DNA of 64,000 nt from Eledone cirrhosa (lineage: Eukaryota): the NCBI GenBank assembly GCA_964016885.1, contig OZ024740.1:305350001-305414000 (forward strand), given 5' to 3'. This document shows positions 1-12,560 of the stretch, piece after piece; the first letter of the stretch is position 1, and each line of letters opens with the position of its first letter. The notes below the pieces were generated by a model that did no database searches, had not been told where the DNA came from, and saw only the letters and a list, made by a program, of their open reading frames with translations. A program made the position numbers and the translations under genes.

Positions 1-133
1 GTTTCATTGTAATACTATCAATCGTTCTATTAATTGATTTATTAATGATTTTATCAGTAGCTCTTCTATTCTTTTCTTACTTTCAATGAAGAATTTTACC
101 CAAACCAATAATAATTACTCTATCTTCTGACAG

Positions 134-289
134 GTCTTCTGACTGAATCAATTTGTATGATGTCATTTGTTTACTTGGGTTGCCAAAAAAATACTGTTGA
201 AGCTATATTAATTATTGCCTATGGCTGTGCTGCTATTTCTGACGGTGGAACCTCTGTGACAGTCATTGATATAGCACCAAAATATGCAG
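134..289 (+). CDS. SLC17-family (sialin/VGLUT/Na-phosphate-type) MFS transporter, internal exon; the gene starts upstream of the window
   Basis: cag|GT acceptor and G|gtagga donor, 156 nt, phase 1/1. Translates (G)LLTESICMMSFVYLGCQKNTVEAILIIAYGCAAISDGGTSVTVIDIAPKYA(G). DIAPxYAG is an SLC17 signature. Confidence 0.85.
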
Positions 290-322
290 GTAGGATATTT
301 TAAGATAAATTTAATCTATGTA

Positions 323-655
323 CTCTCATGTCCCAAATAATAGGTGGTGAGGTTGGAAAATTGATAATTTTAAAAAAAACAGAATTAGTCATTTAGTTTG
401 CATGCTGAGACCCCCATCCATCCTATTTATTTTAGAACATATGAGATTCCTAGTAATGTCCTTTTTTGTCATGCATGATGTTTTTTAATGTCTAAAGAAA
501 ATTAATTATTGCAGGAATGCTACCACTTAAAATAAAATTTCGCTGACAGATTAGCAAAATGTAATAAGCGGGAGTAAGAACAAGGAGGGGAATCTGAAAA
601 ATTATTAAGTGGAGGGGTTGGGGGGGGGGGGGGGGCATTATTTGAGACCTGAGAG
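323..655. mobile_element. TA-flanked MITE (Tc1/mariner/pogo-type); related copies at 54204-54490 (opposite orientation) and partial ones near 2575-2642, 15448-15720, 59980-60120
   Basis: TIRs CTCTCAtGTCCCAAATAAT ... ATTATTTGAGACCTGAGAG with TA on both sides. Confidence 0.75.
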
Positions 656-1235
656 TATGTATGAATGTAAAATAAATTTAATGTAGGTATAACTAAAGGT
701 CTTGAATTAGAAGTTTTACTGTGAAAAGAAGGAAATGTCAGCACACTTTCCACTATTGCCTCTCGGTACAGAAAAAAATAATCTTTGTGTTTCTGAGATT
801 ATTGTTTCCTCAACAAATGATAATTATTCCTCCAGAGGAATCTTTATAGCATTGAATTAGAAATGGTGCGGTGAAAAGAAAGAAGTGTAAACACTTATCA
901 CTATTCCCTCTTTGTGTTTCAAAGATTGTCTCCTCATCAGAAGATAACTACCCTATCTTTCTGCCTTATCTTAAATCTTCTAATATATGCTCTTTACTGC
1001 ATAAATATTTATTATTCAATTCATTTCAATGCAGATATGAAGGTTCAAGATGCTTATTTATCACTAGATGTTCTTATTGTTGTTTAATACAAGATCAAAA
1101 ACCTGAGCCACTCAAATCAATATATTTCCTTATTTCATATTTTACATTTGCTGATGTACATGTTTTATAAACATTTCTAATGAAACTTCAGTGCTGCCTA
1201 TCAATAGACTTTTAGTCTTAGCTTTGAATCTTGAA

Positions 1236-1625
1236 CTGGTTCTCTAGATCTACAGACGCCAGTGTATTGAGCACTCTGGGCTAGCTCTATATCCTGTACC
1301 TCCGGTTCTCTAGATATACAGACACCAGGCTATAGATCACTCTGGGCTAGCTCTATATTCTATACCGCTGATTCTCTAGATCTACAGATACCTGGGTATT
1401 TAGCACTCTGGGCTAGCTCTATATCCTCTGCCTCTCTTGATCTACAGGCATCAGTATATTGAGCATTCTGGGCTAGCTTCTATTTCCTGTGCCTCTGGTT
1501 CTCTAGATGTATAGATTCCTGGGTACTGAGCACTCTGGGCTAGCTCTATATTCTGTCTCAGGTTCTCTAACTCTACAGAAATTTGCATATTGAGTACTCT
1601 GGGCTAGCTCTATATTCTGTGCCTT
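1236..1625. repeat. Minisatellite, unit about 60-65 bp, about 6 copies
   Basis: Recurrent ggttctctagatctacagac...gagcactctgggctagctctatattctgt. Confidence 0.9.
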
Positions 1626-2093
1626 CTCTTCAGTTATGTGACCCATTATCCCAAATGAATAATTTCAACTTTCAGTTTGGTAAGCTGATGAACCTAAGTT
1701 TTGACACTTCTTTGACCACTCTAAGAAAATTACTAAGCCTGTATTTCCCACTACACAATCCACACCCACCATGCCAAATCATGTGACACCCTATGAACTT
1801 CTCCACCTCTTTAGGTATTTACATGCCAAAAATATGTAGTGATTTATTTATTGATCCCCATCATTTATTATATGTTTCATTTAATTATATCACTTTGTAT
1901 AAAATTGATTCTTTAAGATTCAGTAATACAGCTCTCTGAAATTGGTACCCTAGTTTGCCTTATGGTAGCACTGGCTCTGCGTGGAGCATCCTGTGTAGAC
2001 TCATCCTTTTAGTGTACTGCACCAGTTTTTTGTTATGAGGTTTAGCTTGTTTATATGTTTTGTATTACCTTATTGGGTTTTAATCTTGTAGAG

Positions 2094-3057
2094 CAGGCAT
2101 GTCAAACTGAGGGTCCCATGAGGGCCACATGGGACACGTATGTGTTGTCTGAGGGCCACACGACAACTAATTGCGCACATTACAATTTTTTAAATTTTAT
2201 ATCATCATCATCTCATCGTCTTTGTTTAACGTCCACCTTCTATGCTAGCATGGGTTAGACGGGAGTTGTCCCACTTGAGGCAAGGTTAGTCGGGTGACCG
2301 TGTCTCGTTCATATAGGACTATCTGGCAGGTTTTCTACGGCTGAATGCCCTTCCTAACACCAACCACATTTACAGTGTGGAACTGGGAACTTTTTACCGT
2401 GTTACCTACACGACCACATTACAGCGTGGACTGTGTGTTTTTTTTGTCGTGACACCTACACGACCTCGATCTCATTATCTCATTTATTTGGACTGGATGT
2501 TGTGGTACCAACTTTACAGAGAGAGGGTGGTGTTAGTGGGAGTGGGAGGATAAGGTAGGGGTAGTGGATTGGGGTGTACAATAAAATTTCGACAGAAACT
2601 TTAATAAGCTGGGGAAGGAACGATTATTCAAGACCTGAGAGTAGCCACTGTGAATGCATGTAAAGGTGTACACATAAAATGGAAATATATGAATAAGCAT
2701 ACATATGAATATAGATAGAGATGCATACCTACAAATACCTACCCAAAAGCAATAACATTCAATATAGGAAGGCTGCTCTACCTCATATAAACACACACAA
2801 AATTAGGCAGCTATACATATATATATATATACACTCACACACACTTTACAATTATGGAAGAAAAACATTCCTTTTTTTCCTATACATGAATAGATCTCAT
2901 CCGAAATGAACAGCGATTTCAAGAGATACATAAAGAAAACCAAATCTTTATATAACGAAGATAAAATATGCTTGCGCTGTAAAAACCTTTGTGTGGGCTG
3001 CAGGTGTGCTTGTAAAGGGACGCATGTGACCCGCGGGCTGCATGTTTGACATGTCTG
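2094..3057. mobile_element. Non-autonomous hAT (Charlie-like) element with nested insertions
   Basis: TIRs CAGGCATGTCAAAC ... GTTTGACATGTCTG. Exact 8-bp TSD TTGTAGAG at 2086-2093 and 3058-3065. Retroelement 3' piece nested at about 2200-2580. Confidence 0.85.
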
Positions 3058-3184
3058 TTGTAGAGTATATATTGTGTGAGTTGTGTATGATGTGTGTTAT
3101 GTGTGGAGAGTGTTCTATTTGAGCTATGCTATTGAATCAATCGAGTAAAACAATTCCTTCACACAACACATACCCTATACAATT

Positions 3185-4075
3185 GTTATTGGCAGTATCG
3201 GCAGAGCATCGAACACCATGCTTCGTAGCATAGAGTTACGGCCCTTTACATTCTGAGTTCAAATTCTGCCGGTTAGCTTTGCCTTTCATCCTTACGGGGG
3301 TCGATAAAATAAAGTACCAGTAATGCACTGGGGGTTGATTTAATCGACTTTCCCCCTTCCCTTCATATTGCTAGCCTTGTGCCTAAAGTAGAAACAATTA
3401 TTATTGTTGTGGTGGATTGGCAGTATCGCTAGAACGTCAGACAACATGCTTTGTGGCATATAGTTACATCCCTTTACGTTCTGAGTCCAAATCCCACTGA
3501 GGTTAGCTTTGCCTTTCAGCTTTATGGAGTTGATAAATAAAGTACCCGTAATGCAATGGACGTGATTTATACAACTTTCCACTCCCCTAAAATTGTTGGC
3601 CTTATGCCTATATCAGAAACCATTATTATTATTATTGTTGTTGGGGGAGGGGGCAGTATCGGTAGAGGGTCGGACGCCATGCTTTTCAGCATAGAGTTAC
3701 GACCCTTGCCATTCTGAGTTCAAATCCCGCCGAGGTTAACTTTGCCTTTCATCCTTACGGGGTCAATAAAATAAAGTACCAGTAATGCACTGGGTAATTG
3801 CTGGCCTTGTCCCAAAAGTAGAAACAATTATTATTGTTGTTGTCACAAATAAATCCCAGTGAGGTAAATTTTATCTTCCACATCTCTTCGACGTTGATAA
3901 AATAAAGAACTAATCAATACAATCGACTTTCTCCTCCCCTAAAATTGTTGGCCTTATGCCTAAATTAAAAACCATTGTTCTAGAATCATTAGAGTGTTGG
4001 ACAAAATGCTTTGCAGCATTTAGTTATGGCCCTTTATGTTCTGAGTTCAAATCCTGAAAAGGTTAACTCTCATGT
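3185..4075 (+). mobile_element. Head-to-tail cluster of about 5 tRNA-derived SINEs (Meta-domain-like core)
   Basis: Repeated TGGCAGTATCGG (A box), GAGTTCAAATCC (B box), GCCTTTCATCCTTACGGGGTCGATAAAATAAAGTACC core and GTAGAAACAATT(ATT)n tail. Confidence 0.85.
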
Positions 4076-4102
4076 TTTTACTCCTCTTTGTTAATATATA
4101 AT

Positions 4103-4281
4103 TGTTTCTACTTTAGGCACAAGGCCAGCAATTACCCAGTGCATTACTGGTACTTTATTTTATCGACCCCGTAAGGATGAAAGGCAAAGTCAACCTCGGC
4201 GATATTTGAACTCAGATCGTAAAGGGGCGTAACTATGCTGGAAAGCATGGCGTCCGACCCTCTACCGATACTGCCAATCCA
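4103..4281 (-). mobile_element. tRNA-derived SINE of the same family, with a 17-bp TSD
   Basis: TSD ctttgttaatatataat at 4086-4102 and 4282-4298. Confidence 0.88.
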
Positions 4282-4333
4282 CTTTGTTAATATATAATGC
4301 TTTGATTTTGTATGTTAATGTTTTTCTACTTAG

Positions 4334-4419
4334 GTGTCATATATGGATTAGCCAACTCTGTAACTAATTTATCAGGTGTGCTGGGGCCCATGGTCACTGG
4401 AGCTATAGTCACCGAGGAA
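4334..4419 (+). CDS. SLC17-family transporter, penultimate exon
   Basis: ttag| acceptor, |gtaagt donor. GVIYGLANSVTNLSGVLGPMVTGAIVTEE continues the frame of exon 134-289. Confidence 0.88.
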
Positions 4420-4518
4420 GTAAGTTTAATTAATATCTTGAAAGACATCTTTTATACATTAACTTTGGCTTTATTTTATTTTCATTTTCTAGTTTTAACT
4501 TTTAATAAAGATATTTAG

Positions 4519-5023
4519 AGAGTTACTCCCACTGTTGACAACAAAAGGTTTCCTCTTACGTACAGAAGGACAACTTTATGATGCCTGTGCGTGAAGTTCA
4601 ATGCTGCATGGTAGTGAAACATGGACAGTGACTGCAGAAGCCATACGTAGACTGGAGAGAAATGAAGCAGCCATGCTTCGTAGAATGTGCAATGTAAGTG
4701 TGAGAGAAAGGCAGAGCTTGGATGAACTAAGGGAGAAACAAGGTTTAAGAGGAATCCAAGGTGGTGTTCAGGAGAGAAGACTGCATTGGTATGGACATGT
4801 GATGCACATAGATAATGACCGATGTGCCAGGAAATACCAGTGGAAGGAAGTTGTAGTAGAAGCTGGCCAAAAAACTCCTAGGCAGAAGTCGTGAGAGCTG
4901 ACCTCAATTCGTTGAGACTCACAGAGATGATGAAAGAACGCGACAAGTGAAGAGATGCTGTGCTGAAAAGGACCCGTCCAACCCATGGAAGTGTGGAAAA
5001 ACGGACGTAAAAATAATGATGAT
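4519..5023 (+). mobile_element. RTE-clade LINE 3' fragment
   Basis: MLHGSETW...RRLERNE...RRLHWYGHV followed by a (GAT)n tail. Confidence 0.85.
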
Positions 5024-5167
5024 GGTTCAAAGATTATGCTTTCCAACAAAATTTTTTCTAATCATAATAAATGACTGTTTCAGGTTAAGATATCTACAAG
5101 TTAACAGTAGAGAGTTCCCATTGCAACAATGATAATGTCAAACTAAATGACTTACAGACATCTTTCT

Positions 5168-5168
<1 letters not shown>

Positions 5169-5198
<30 letters not shown>

Positions 5199-7626
5199 AA
5201 TTATTGTGTACAGTGCTCAGGTGCACTACAACTCATCAAAGGTGCATGTATAGTACATAGAATAATGTACAAATGTCAGGAAAATAAACAGTGTATGAGT
5301 CATGATATAATAACAATAACAATAATGAAATATTGTGCACAGTGCCCAGGTGCACCACAACCCATCAAAAAAGTGCATGTACAGTACATAGGGCAATGCA
5401 CAAACATCAGTAAAATGAACAGTGCACACATGTGTGCATGTGTATGGAAGGGGCACATCAGGTGTAGTTTTGGCGTATTTCGGGAAGCATGAGTGTCTTA
5501 AAGGATGCAGTGTCTCGGCAGCTAACAATTGACGCAGGCAGTTTGTTCCATGTTTCAGCAACTCTGAGCGTGAAAAAATGTCTGCGAAAGTCATGGGAGC
5601 TGTGCTGTTTTCTTATCTTGTAGGCATGTCCACGTGTGTTAGATACATGGAGATCAAAGAGGCGCTCAGGGTTGCAGTTGGCGAGATGGTTAAAAACTTT
5701 GTGGGTATTCACCAAGTCCACTGCCAGACGTCGGAGCTTCAATGAATCCATGCCCAGGGAAGCAAGGCGTTCAGAGTATGGTAGGTGTCTGATGGAGGGT
5801 ATGCGCTTGGTTGCACGTCTCTGAACAGTTTCCAGGAGGTCAATGTTCCGAGCAAGATAGGGGTTCCAGACTGATGATGCGAATTCCAAGTGTGGTCGCA
5901 CCATAGCTGTATACAGTTTTAAATAGATGGCTGGAGAGCGGCTAACAAAGGTCTTGCTGAGTGATGCCAAGACACCCTCGGCCTTCTTGACAATCTTAGA
6001 GACATGCTTTGTCCAACGCAAATCGTTGCTGACAGTAATGCCCAGGTCACGTTCACAAGAGGACTTTTTGATGTCAGTGTTGTGGAGGGAGTATGTGGAC
6101 GCTGGATTTTTCCTTCCAAAATGCATGGTGGTACACTTGTCCACAGCCAGCTTCAGTTGCCAGTCTGTGATCCATTGCTGCATTGTGTCCAGGTCTGATT
6201 GTAGGAAAGAGTTGTAAATTTCAGGATCAGTCCTTTTGATTTCAAGGTACAGCTTGATGTCATCTGCATATTTTAGTACCGTGGCATTCTGTAAGTTGGC
6301 ATCTATGTCATTAATATATGCCACAAACAAAAGAGGACCAAGAACAGATCCCTGTGGTACACCAGATGACATCTCATATGGTGAAGAATGCTGTCCTAGA
6401 ACTGTGACTACTTCCTTTCGGCTGAGAATGAAGGATTTCAGCCAGTCGAAAAGATCATCCCTCACACCCATTGCAGAGAGTTTTGCCATAAGTCTTTTGT
6501 GTGGCACAGAATTAAAAGCCTTAGCAAAGTCAAGGTAAACAACATCCACCCATGAGCCGCTGTCAGTGATCCGGGTGATGTCCTCAAGGAACTCGATAAG
6601 CTGATCACAGCAGCTGGAGTTAGGGATAAATCCAAACTGTGAGGGCCGGATGAGGCTGTGAGAGCTCCAGAAGTTCCAAAGTGTTTCTCTGACACAGGAT
6701 TCCATCAGTTTGGCCATACAGCTAGTAAGACTGACTGGACGATAGTTGACAGGTGACATGCGGTTGCCCTTTTTGAACAGGGGAATGACACTGGCAGTTT
6801 TCCACTGCTCTGGAGTAGCACCATTGCTGAGACAGTATTGAAAGAAAAAAGAAAGCTGGCGCAAAAGGAAATCCCCGCCACGTTTGAGAAGCAGGTATGT
6901 CACACCATCAAGACCAGGGGAGGCATAGTTGCGCTTATTCTTAAGGTGACGTCGCAACATTGCAGGTGTAAATTCCATAGTTGTTATGGAATTTGATGTT
7001 AGAGATGGTGGAGATGGTACATTCTGGTTTTCAACAGTAAAAATACTTGCATAGCACTCAGCAATGAGTTCTGCGCATTCCTTGGGATCGTCAGTGATCT
7101 GGCTTGTGTGGGGATTGCGAAGAGGACCAACTGGAGAGTGAGGTCTCTGCTTTGAATGAACATATTTCCAGAACACCTTACTGTCGGGATTGGTTGCGAT
7201 GCACTGTTCAAATTCAAGCACTGCCTTCTTTGTCACTTGCTTGAGATGGTTAGAAGATTTATTCCGCTTTTTTCTGTTGGCATCTGATCTATGCAGTTTA
7301 TATTCCCGTTCAGCGTGCCGACGTTCTTTCCTGGCAAGTCGGACTGCTGAAGTTTCCCAGATTGCACTTTTGGGGTGGTTATTTTTCCGCTTCCGTGGCA
7401 CTGATGCTGCACACGCTATCCATATTGAGTCCAGGATGCTCTGGAGTATAGAGTTCACATCTCCAGAGTTATACATCTCATGCCAGTTTGGGCGCTGTAG
7501 CTCAGTGCAGTACAAGTTCCAATCTGCCCTCTTCCAATCAAAGCAAGCAGATTGGAGATGGCTCTGGTTTTTGTTGCTGCCCTCAAGTGCCAGATTGGCA
7601 ATGATCATAGCATGTTCAAACACCCA
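5169..7626 (-). mobile_element. CR1-type LINE, 5'-truncated, uninterrupted 721-aa RT ORF (5458-7623)
   Basis: NYRPVSLT, QFGF, YLDFAKAF, GVPQGSVLGP and YADD motifs. 3' UTR ends in a stem-loop and a (TTA)n tail. The endonuclease domain is missing. Confidence 0.92.
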
Positions 7627-7649
7627 CTGGAGTTAAACCGACAACATTA

Positions 7650-7850
7650 TAATCGTAAGTCCAACACCCTTACCACTGGAGCACCGTGAAATGAAGTGTT
7701 TTCTCCAAGAACACAACATACAACCCAGTTGAGGAATCAAACCCACACCATTATGATGGTAAGTCCAACACACTTACCACTGGACCAATGTGAAATGAAG
7801 TGTTTTGCTCAAGAACACAACACACAACCCAGGAATAGAACCCACAAGTA
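7650..7850 (-). repeat. Tandemly duplicated tRNA-SINE head fragments
   Basis: Two copies of gtaagtccaacac..ttaccactgga..gtgaaatgaagtgtttt..caagaacacaac. Confidence 0.6.
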
Positions 7851-8859
7851 CTAGTAGAGTATTAGGTTGATTGGTTTATGTATACTCTTCCCTACAAATG
7901 TGAAGAGATGTCACCTTCAGGTGATATTTTTAAGAATGTTGATGCCTCAATGATGTGTGTGAAGGAGAGGGTGTCTCAATAGAAACAGTCAAGTTACTTG
8001 ACTCTCATACATCGTCATCACCGTTTTACATCCATTTTTCCATGCTAGCAATGTTAGATGAGTTGTCCTGTTGTTGACCATGCTAGGTTAGGTGACCATG
8101 TCTTGCTCATACAGAACTAAATTTTGTCTTGGTTTCTACAGCTGGATGCCTTTCCTAATGCCAATCATATTTACAGTGTGTACTGGGTGCTTTTTGTCAT
8201 GACACTTACGCAACCACTTTATTGCTTGAATAAATGGACAAAAACAAGAATCTCAGAGTAGCAATTGAAGTAATCACCAGCTTTATATAAATAAACTCTA
8301 TTATATATACATTGGGTACTTTTTTCTTTGTTTTGTATACCCAAATATATATATATATATATTCTTGTGCATGTGAGGAAGTGAATAATAGCCTCATTGG
8401 ATATTTAATCTCAAAGAGATGGACCAATCATTGATTATGAAGGGAACAAGTGACAAGTATCTGAACATTCAACCTTGGAAAGATTATATTGTGTCTGCTG
8501 ACTTGATTTCTACTACAGTTTCTAGAAGCTGTTTACCTCCAAGTCATCCCTGATCAAGTAGACCTATGATCAAAAGCTTTCCAGCTGTGACCATTCTATT
8601 TTGTTTTCAGGCATAGTGTATCTTGCATTCCATTCCTATTTTTTTTTATGACAGTAGGCTATAATTTGAGGAAGATTTAGTTGCTATTTGTGGCAGGTTG
8701 TATGACCACATAGAGACTCTGTCATTGATTCAAGCTTCTGAATGTTGATTCCATTTTAGTCTAAAGCAGAATGTCCCCACAAATACTGATATTTCAGTAT
8801 AACAATGCCATGTTCATGACAGAAAAGGTAAACAAATTATAGTAAGAAACCAACAGGAA

Positions 8860-8969
8860 ATAATTGTTTCTACTTTAGGCACAAGGCCAGCAATTACCCA
8901 GTGTATTACTGGTACTTTATTTTATCGACCCCGTAAGGATGAAAGGCAAAGTTAACCTCGGCGGGATTT
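8860..8969 (-). mobile_element. 5'-truncated Meta-like SINE
   Basis: Same core and tail as 4103-4281. Stops within the B box and abuts the palindrome at 8965-8987. Confidence 0.8.
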
Positions 8970-9101
8970 AATATCAGATATTAAATCTACCATCTAGCTA
9001 CAATTTTCTCAGCATTTTGTTTTTGTGGTATGGAAATATTTAATGGCCTCCCATTGAACAAATACTTTGGAACAAGGTGACAAACAAGCTCACGTATTTA
9101 A

Positions 9102-9337
9102 CCCTTTAGTTACCAACCTTGCCAAAACTAGCTCTCTGATTCTATGAAATAAAATCACCGATTTTAAAGGTTTCCAATTGAAATTAAAATCTTCCAACTT
9201 ATAAAAGAACCTTACATTAAGTTACTATATTAGTAATGAAATAATTAATAATTTTAGTAAATCCCTCTAAATTCTTCATTAATTAATTATAATAGAGTGT
9301 ATTTCATTAGAAATGTGGTCATGTGGTCGTGAAAGGG
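9102..9337. mobile_element. piggyBac-type MITE family A; other copies at 35941-36171, 43194-43425, about 57797-58025, partial 14098-14255 and 29950-30125
   Basis: TTAA|CCCTTT ... AAAGGG|TTAA ends and a shared internal sequence across copies. Confidence 0.85.
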
Positions 9338-9620
9338 TTAAAGTCTCTAGTTATAACAAAAGACATTTCTTTGTTTTTGTGTATTTCAGAAGCAGTATTG
9401 TTGTTGTAATAATCCTTTTGTACTTCTTAATCTTCCTCTATCCTTTTGTTTCTCTTTTTTTCCTATGTTCTCTTATCTTTCTATCTTTCTTCCTTTTCAA
9501 TCTCCATGCTAGCATTATTTGGGTCTCTCCCTTTTTTTCTTTCTCTCTCTCTCTCTCTCTTTACTTGTTTTAAAATAAAAGTATATATTATATATACATA
9601 TATATTTTTTTTCCTTTCAG

Positions 9621-9800
9621 AATTCTTTAAACCAATGGAAAACGGCATTTTGGGTTGGCTGTATAATTAATGTGCTTGGTGTATTGAATTTCATCTGCTT
9701 TGGCTCTGCCAAAAAGGCATCATGGGCAAAAGAAACTGACACTGTGATAAATACAGATCCAAATGATATTCAGAAACATTATGGAGCCATCAAATCATAA
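9621..9800 (+). CDS. SLC17-family transporter, terminal exon
   Basis: Polypyrimidine tract with ttcag| acceptor. NSLNQWKTAFWVGCIINVLGVLNFICFGSAKKASWAKETDTVINTDPNDIQKHYGAIKS* matches the QW..F...FGS...WA C-terminal SLC17 pattern. ATTAAA at 9821. Confidence 0.88.
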   Translation, partial: NSLNQWKTAFWVGCIINVLGVLNFICFGSAKKASWAKETDTVINTDPNDIQKHYGAIKS

Positions 9801-9965
9801 CATACAATTGTTGGATTTTCATTAAACGCATTTATTATTTTTTCATGTGAACTTGTTATGTCTTACCTTTTTTAAGAGAGTAGGATGTGATTTGTGGGAA
9901 TTCAGTTGTTGGTTTTAGCTACTGTGTAGAACCTCCCTCACGGCTGATTTGGTAGTTGAAGTCAC

Positions 9966-12560
9966 ATCATCATCATCATCATCATCGTTTAACATCTATC
10001 TTCCACGCTAGCATGGGTTTAGATGGGAATTGTCCCACTTGAGGCAAGATTGGTTGTCTTGCTCGTGTAGGATTGTCTGGCAGGTTTTCTACGGCTGGAT
10101 GCCCTTCCTAACACCAACCACGTTTACAGTGTGGACTGGGAAGTTTTTCCCGTGTTACCTACACGGCCACATTACAGTGTGGACTGTGTGTTTTTTTGTC
10201 ATGACACCTACACGACCTCATTTATTTAGGACTGGATGTTGTGGTACCAACATAACTTTACATCGAGAGGGGTGGTGTAGATGGGGTTGGGGGTAGGGTA
10301 GTGGGAATGGAGATGTCTTTTGGTTAAGAGGTGCCTACTGACTGTAGGTTTTGCTTTGTACTTAGGCAAGGCAGATCTTCTGTATTACTGCGTAGCGCCA
10401 AAGATCTTGGTCCAGTGACATTGTCTTGGAGAGGTGTAAGTGTGTAAGGTCGGAATTTATCAAGTCATCCCAGATTTTTCTGGGTCTGCCTACTCCGTGG
10501 CTACCGTCTATTTTGATCGCCCTGCACTTTTTTATACAGCTGTCGTCTTTCATGCGCATCACGTGACCATACCAACGTAGTCTTCTCTCAAGTAAACAGC
10601 ATCTGATCCCTCTTATTCCTAATTTCTCACTTAGTTCATTTATGCTTTGCCGTTCACGTATATTACTATTACACATCTAACGGAGCATGCATGCTTCGTT
10701 CCTCTCCAGTCTGCGCAGGTCCTCTGCACACAATGCCCATGTCTCACTGCCATGTAACATTGCTGTTCGTATGCAGGCATCATACAGCTTGCCTTTCATT
10801 TTTAGAGAGAAACCTTTAGAGGCCAATAGTGGTATAAGCTCTCTGAACCTTTTCCATCCCGTTCTGACTCTAGCTACTGTACTTTCAGAGCACCTTCCAC
10901 CGCTGCTGATTTTGTCACTCAGGTAATGGAAGGTGTCCACTATTTCTATAGAACCATCTGGGCAATGGAATGAGCTAGTATTCTGTTGGCACTTGCTACT
11001 TATTGCACCTGAGCACCGGCCACATATAAAATCTATGTTCTTAGTTAGCTTACCTGTGATCCCACTACATCTTTTATGCATCCATACTTTGCATTTGGGA
11101 CATAAAATGGAGTTTCTGCCTATTCCTTTCCTACACACTGAGCATGGCCATTTCCCAGAGGGGACCAGTGCCCTGTTTTCCTTCCTACATACTAGAACTT
11201 TAGTCTTAGACAAGTTAATTTTAAGGCCTTTTGATTCTAGACCATGCTTTGGAATTTCTTCTCTAGTTCTTCAGCCATTGATTCAGCTATGAGCGTTAGA
11301 TCATCTGCGTATAGAAGTTCCCATGGGCAGCCAGTCTTGAACTCCTCTGTTATAGCCTGAAGGTCTATAACAGTTACGCTAAACTCTTCACTATATTCGT
11401 TGTTAATTCTAACCTTGCTGACTGTTTCTTTATACATGGCTTGTATAGCTCTCACAAGCCATTCATCAACACCTAGTTTTCTGAGAGCCCACCAGATAAT
11501 GGGGCGTGGGACTCTGTCAAAGGCTTTTTCCAAGTCAACAAAAGCTAAGTATATGGGTTTACTTTTAGCTAGGTACTTCTCCTGTAGTTGTCGTACAAGG
11601 AAAAGAGCGTCTGTGGTACTTTTACCTGACACAAACCCAAACTGCATTTCATCTAGATCAATTCGCTCTCTGATTAGTTGCGCTATTACTTTTTCTGTGA
11701 CTTTCATGACCTGGTCAATTAATTTAATGCCTCTATAGTTTCCTCTATCTAGTGCATCTCCTTTACCCTTGTAGCAGTTAATGATGATGCTGCTACGCCA
11801 GTCCTTTGGTACAACCCCATTCTGTATGACTTGGTTGACTATCCGGGTGACCATAGTGTGTCCCACCGTTCCAGATGCTTTCAGCAATTATTTCCGAAGG
11901 CCCAGCCGCCTTGCCCGTCTTCATATCTTTGATTGCCTTACTTATTATACTACCTTCAACTTGCACTGCTGGTCCCTCTATTCTCCTCATTTAGTAGCCT
12001 TTCGTAGTGACACTTCCAAGCTACCTTCTTATCAGCGTCAGTGATGGCAAGTACACCACCATCATTACGGACACACTTTTCCCCGACAATATCACGGTTT
12101 GCCTTGACACATTGCCTAGCAATCCTGAACACCTCACGTTGTAGAACATGCTTGAACTTTCTTTCCTCTGCTTCCCTTCTTGCGAAGTACACTTGTCTCC
12201 TAGCCACTTGATAGTCTTCTCTACTTCCTCCATCCCACCATACTTTCCAAGCCTGCTTTTTGGACTTGATTGACTCCTCCACCACCAAGTTACTCTCCTC
12301 CAGCCACAGATTTCATCTGTCGCCTTCAGGAATTCCCACTGTTCCTCTATATTGTACGACTAATTGCTCTTCCTTATTGTCAAAAGCATCAAGTAATATG
12401 CTTTTAAATTTATTACTGGCTGTGGGGTCCTTTAACTTCCATATTTTTCTCCTGAGGATAGTCCTCCTCTGTTGTCGAGTACGTCTCGTCCTGACTATGA
12501 GGTCGCTAACTATGAGGCTATGTTGGGAGGTGCATTCTTCATTTAGTGTTTACAACAGAC
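9966..12560 (-). mobile_element. Decayed RTE-clade LINE with a PHD-like Cys finger after the RT domain and a long 3' UTR
   Basis: Frameshifted ORFs NYRGIKL/MQFGF/DLEKAFD/LLYADDL, WPCSVC..C..C..H..C...C..C and RRLRWYGHV. (GAT)n tail at 9966-9985. Confidence 0.9.

Noticed and set aside
612-635. Poly-G tracts as G-quadruplex regulators (also near 53153 and 61571)
   Set aside because: They lie inside transposon copies, and homopolymer length is error-prone.
1236-1625. Regularly spaced repeats resembling a CRISPR array (also 42610-42850 and 51935-52157)
   Set aside because: The units repeat over their whole length with no unique spacers, there are no cas genes and the context is eukaryotic. These are minisatellites.
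5636-7636. Several + strand ORFs of 60-148 aa
   Set aside because: They are antisense shadows of the CR1 RT ORF.
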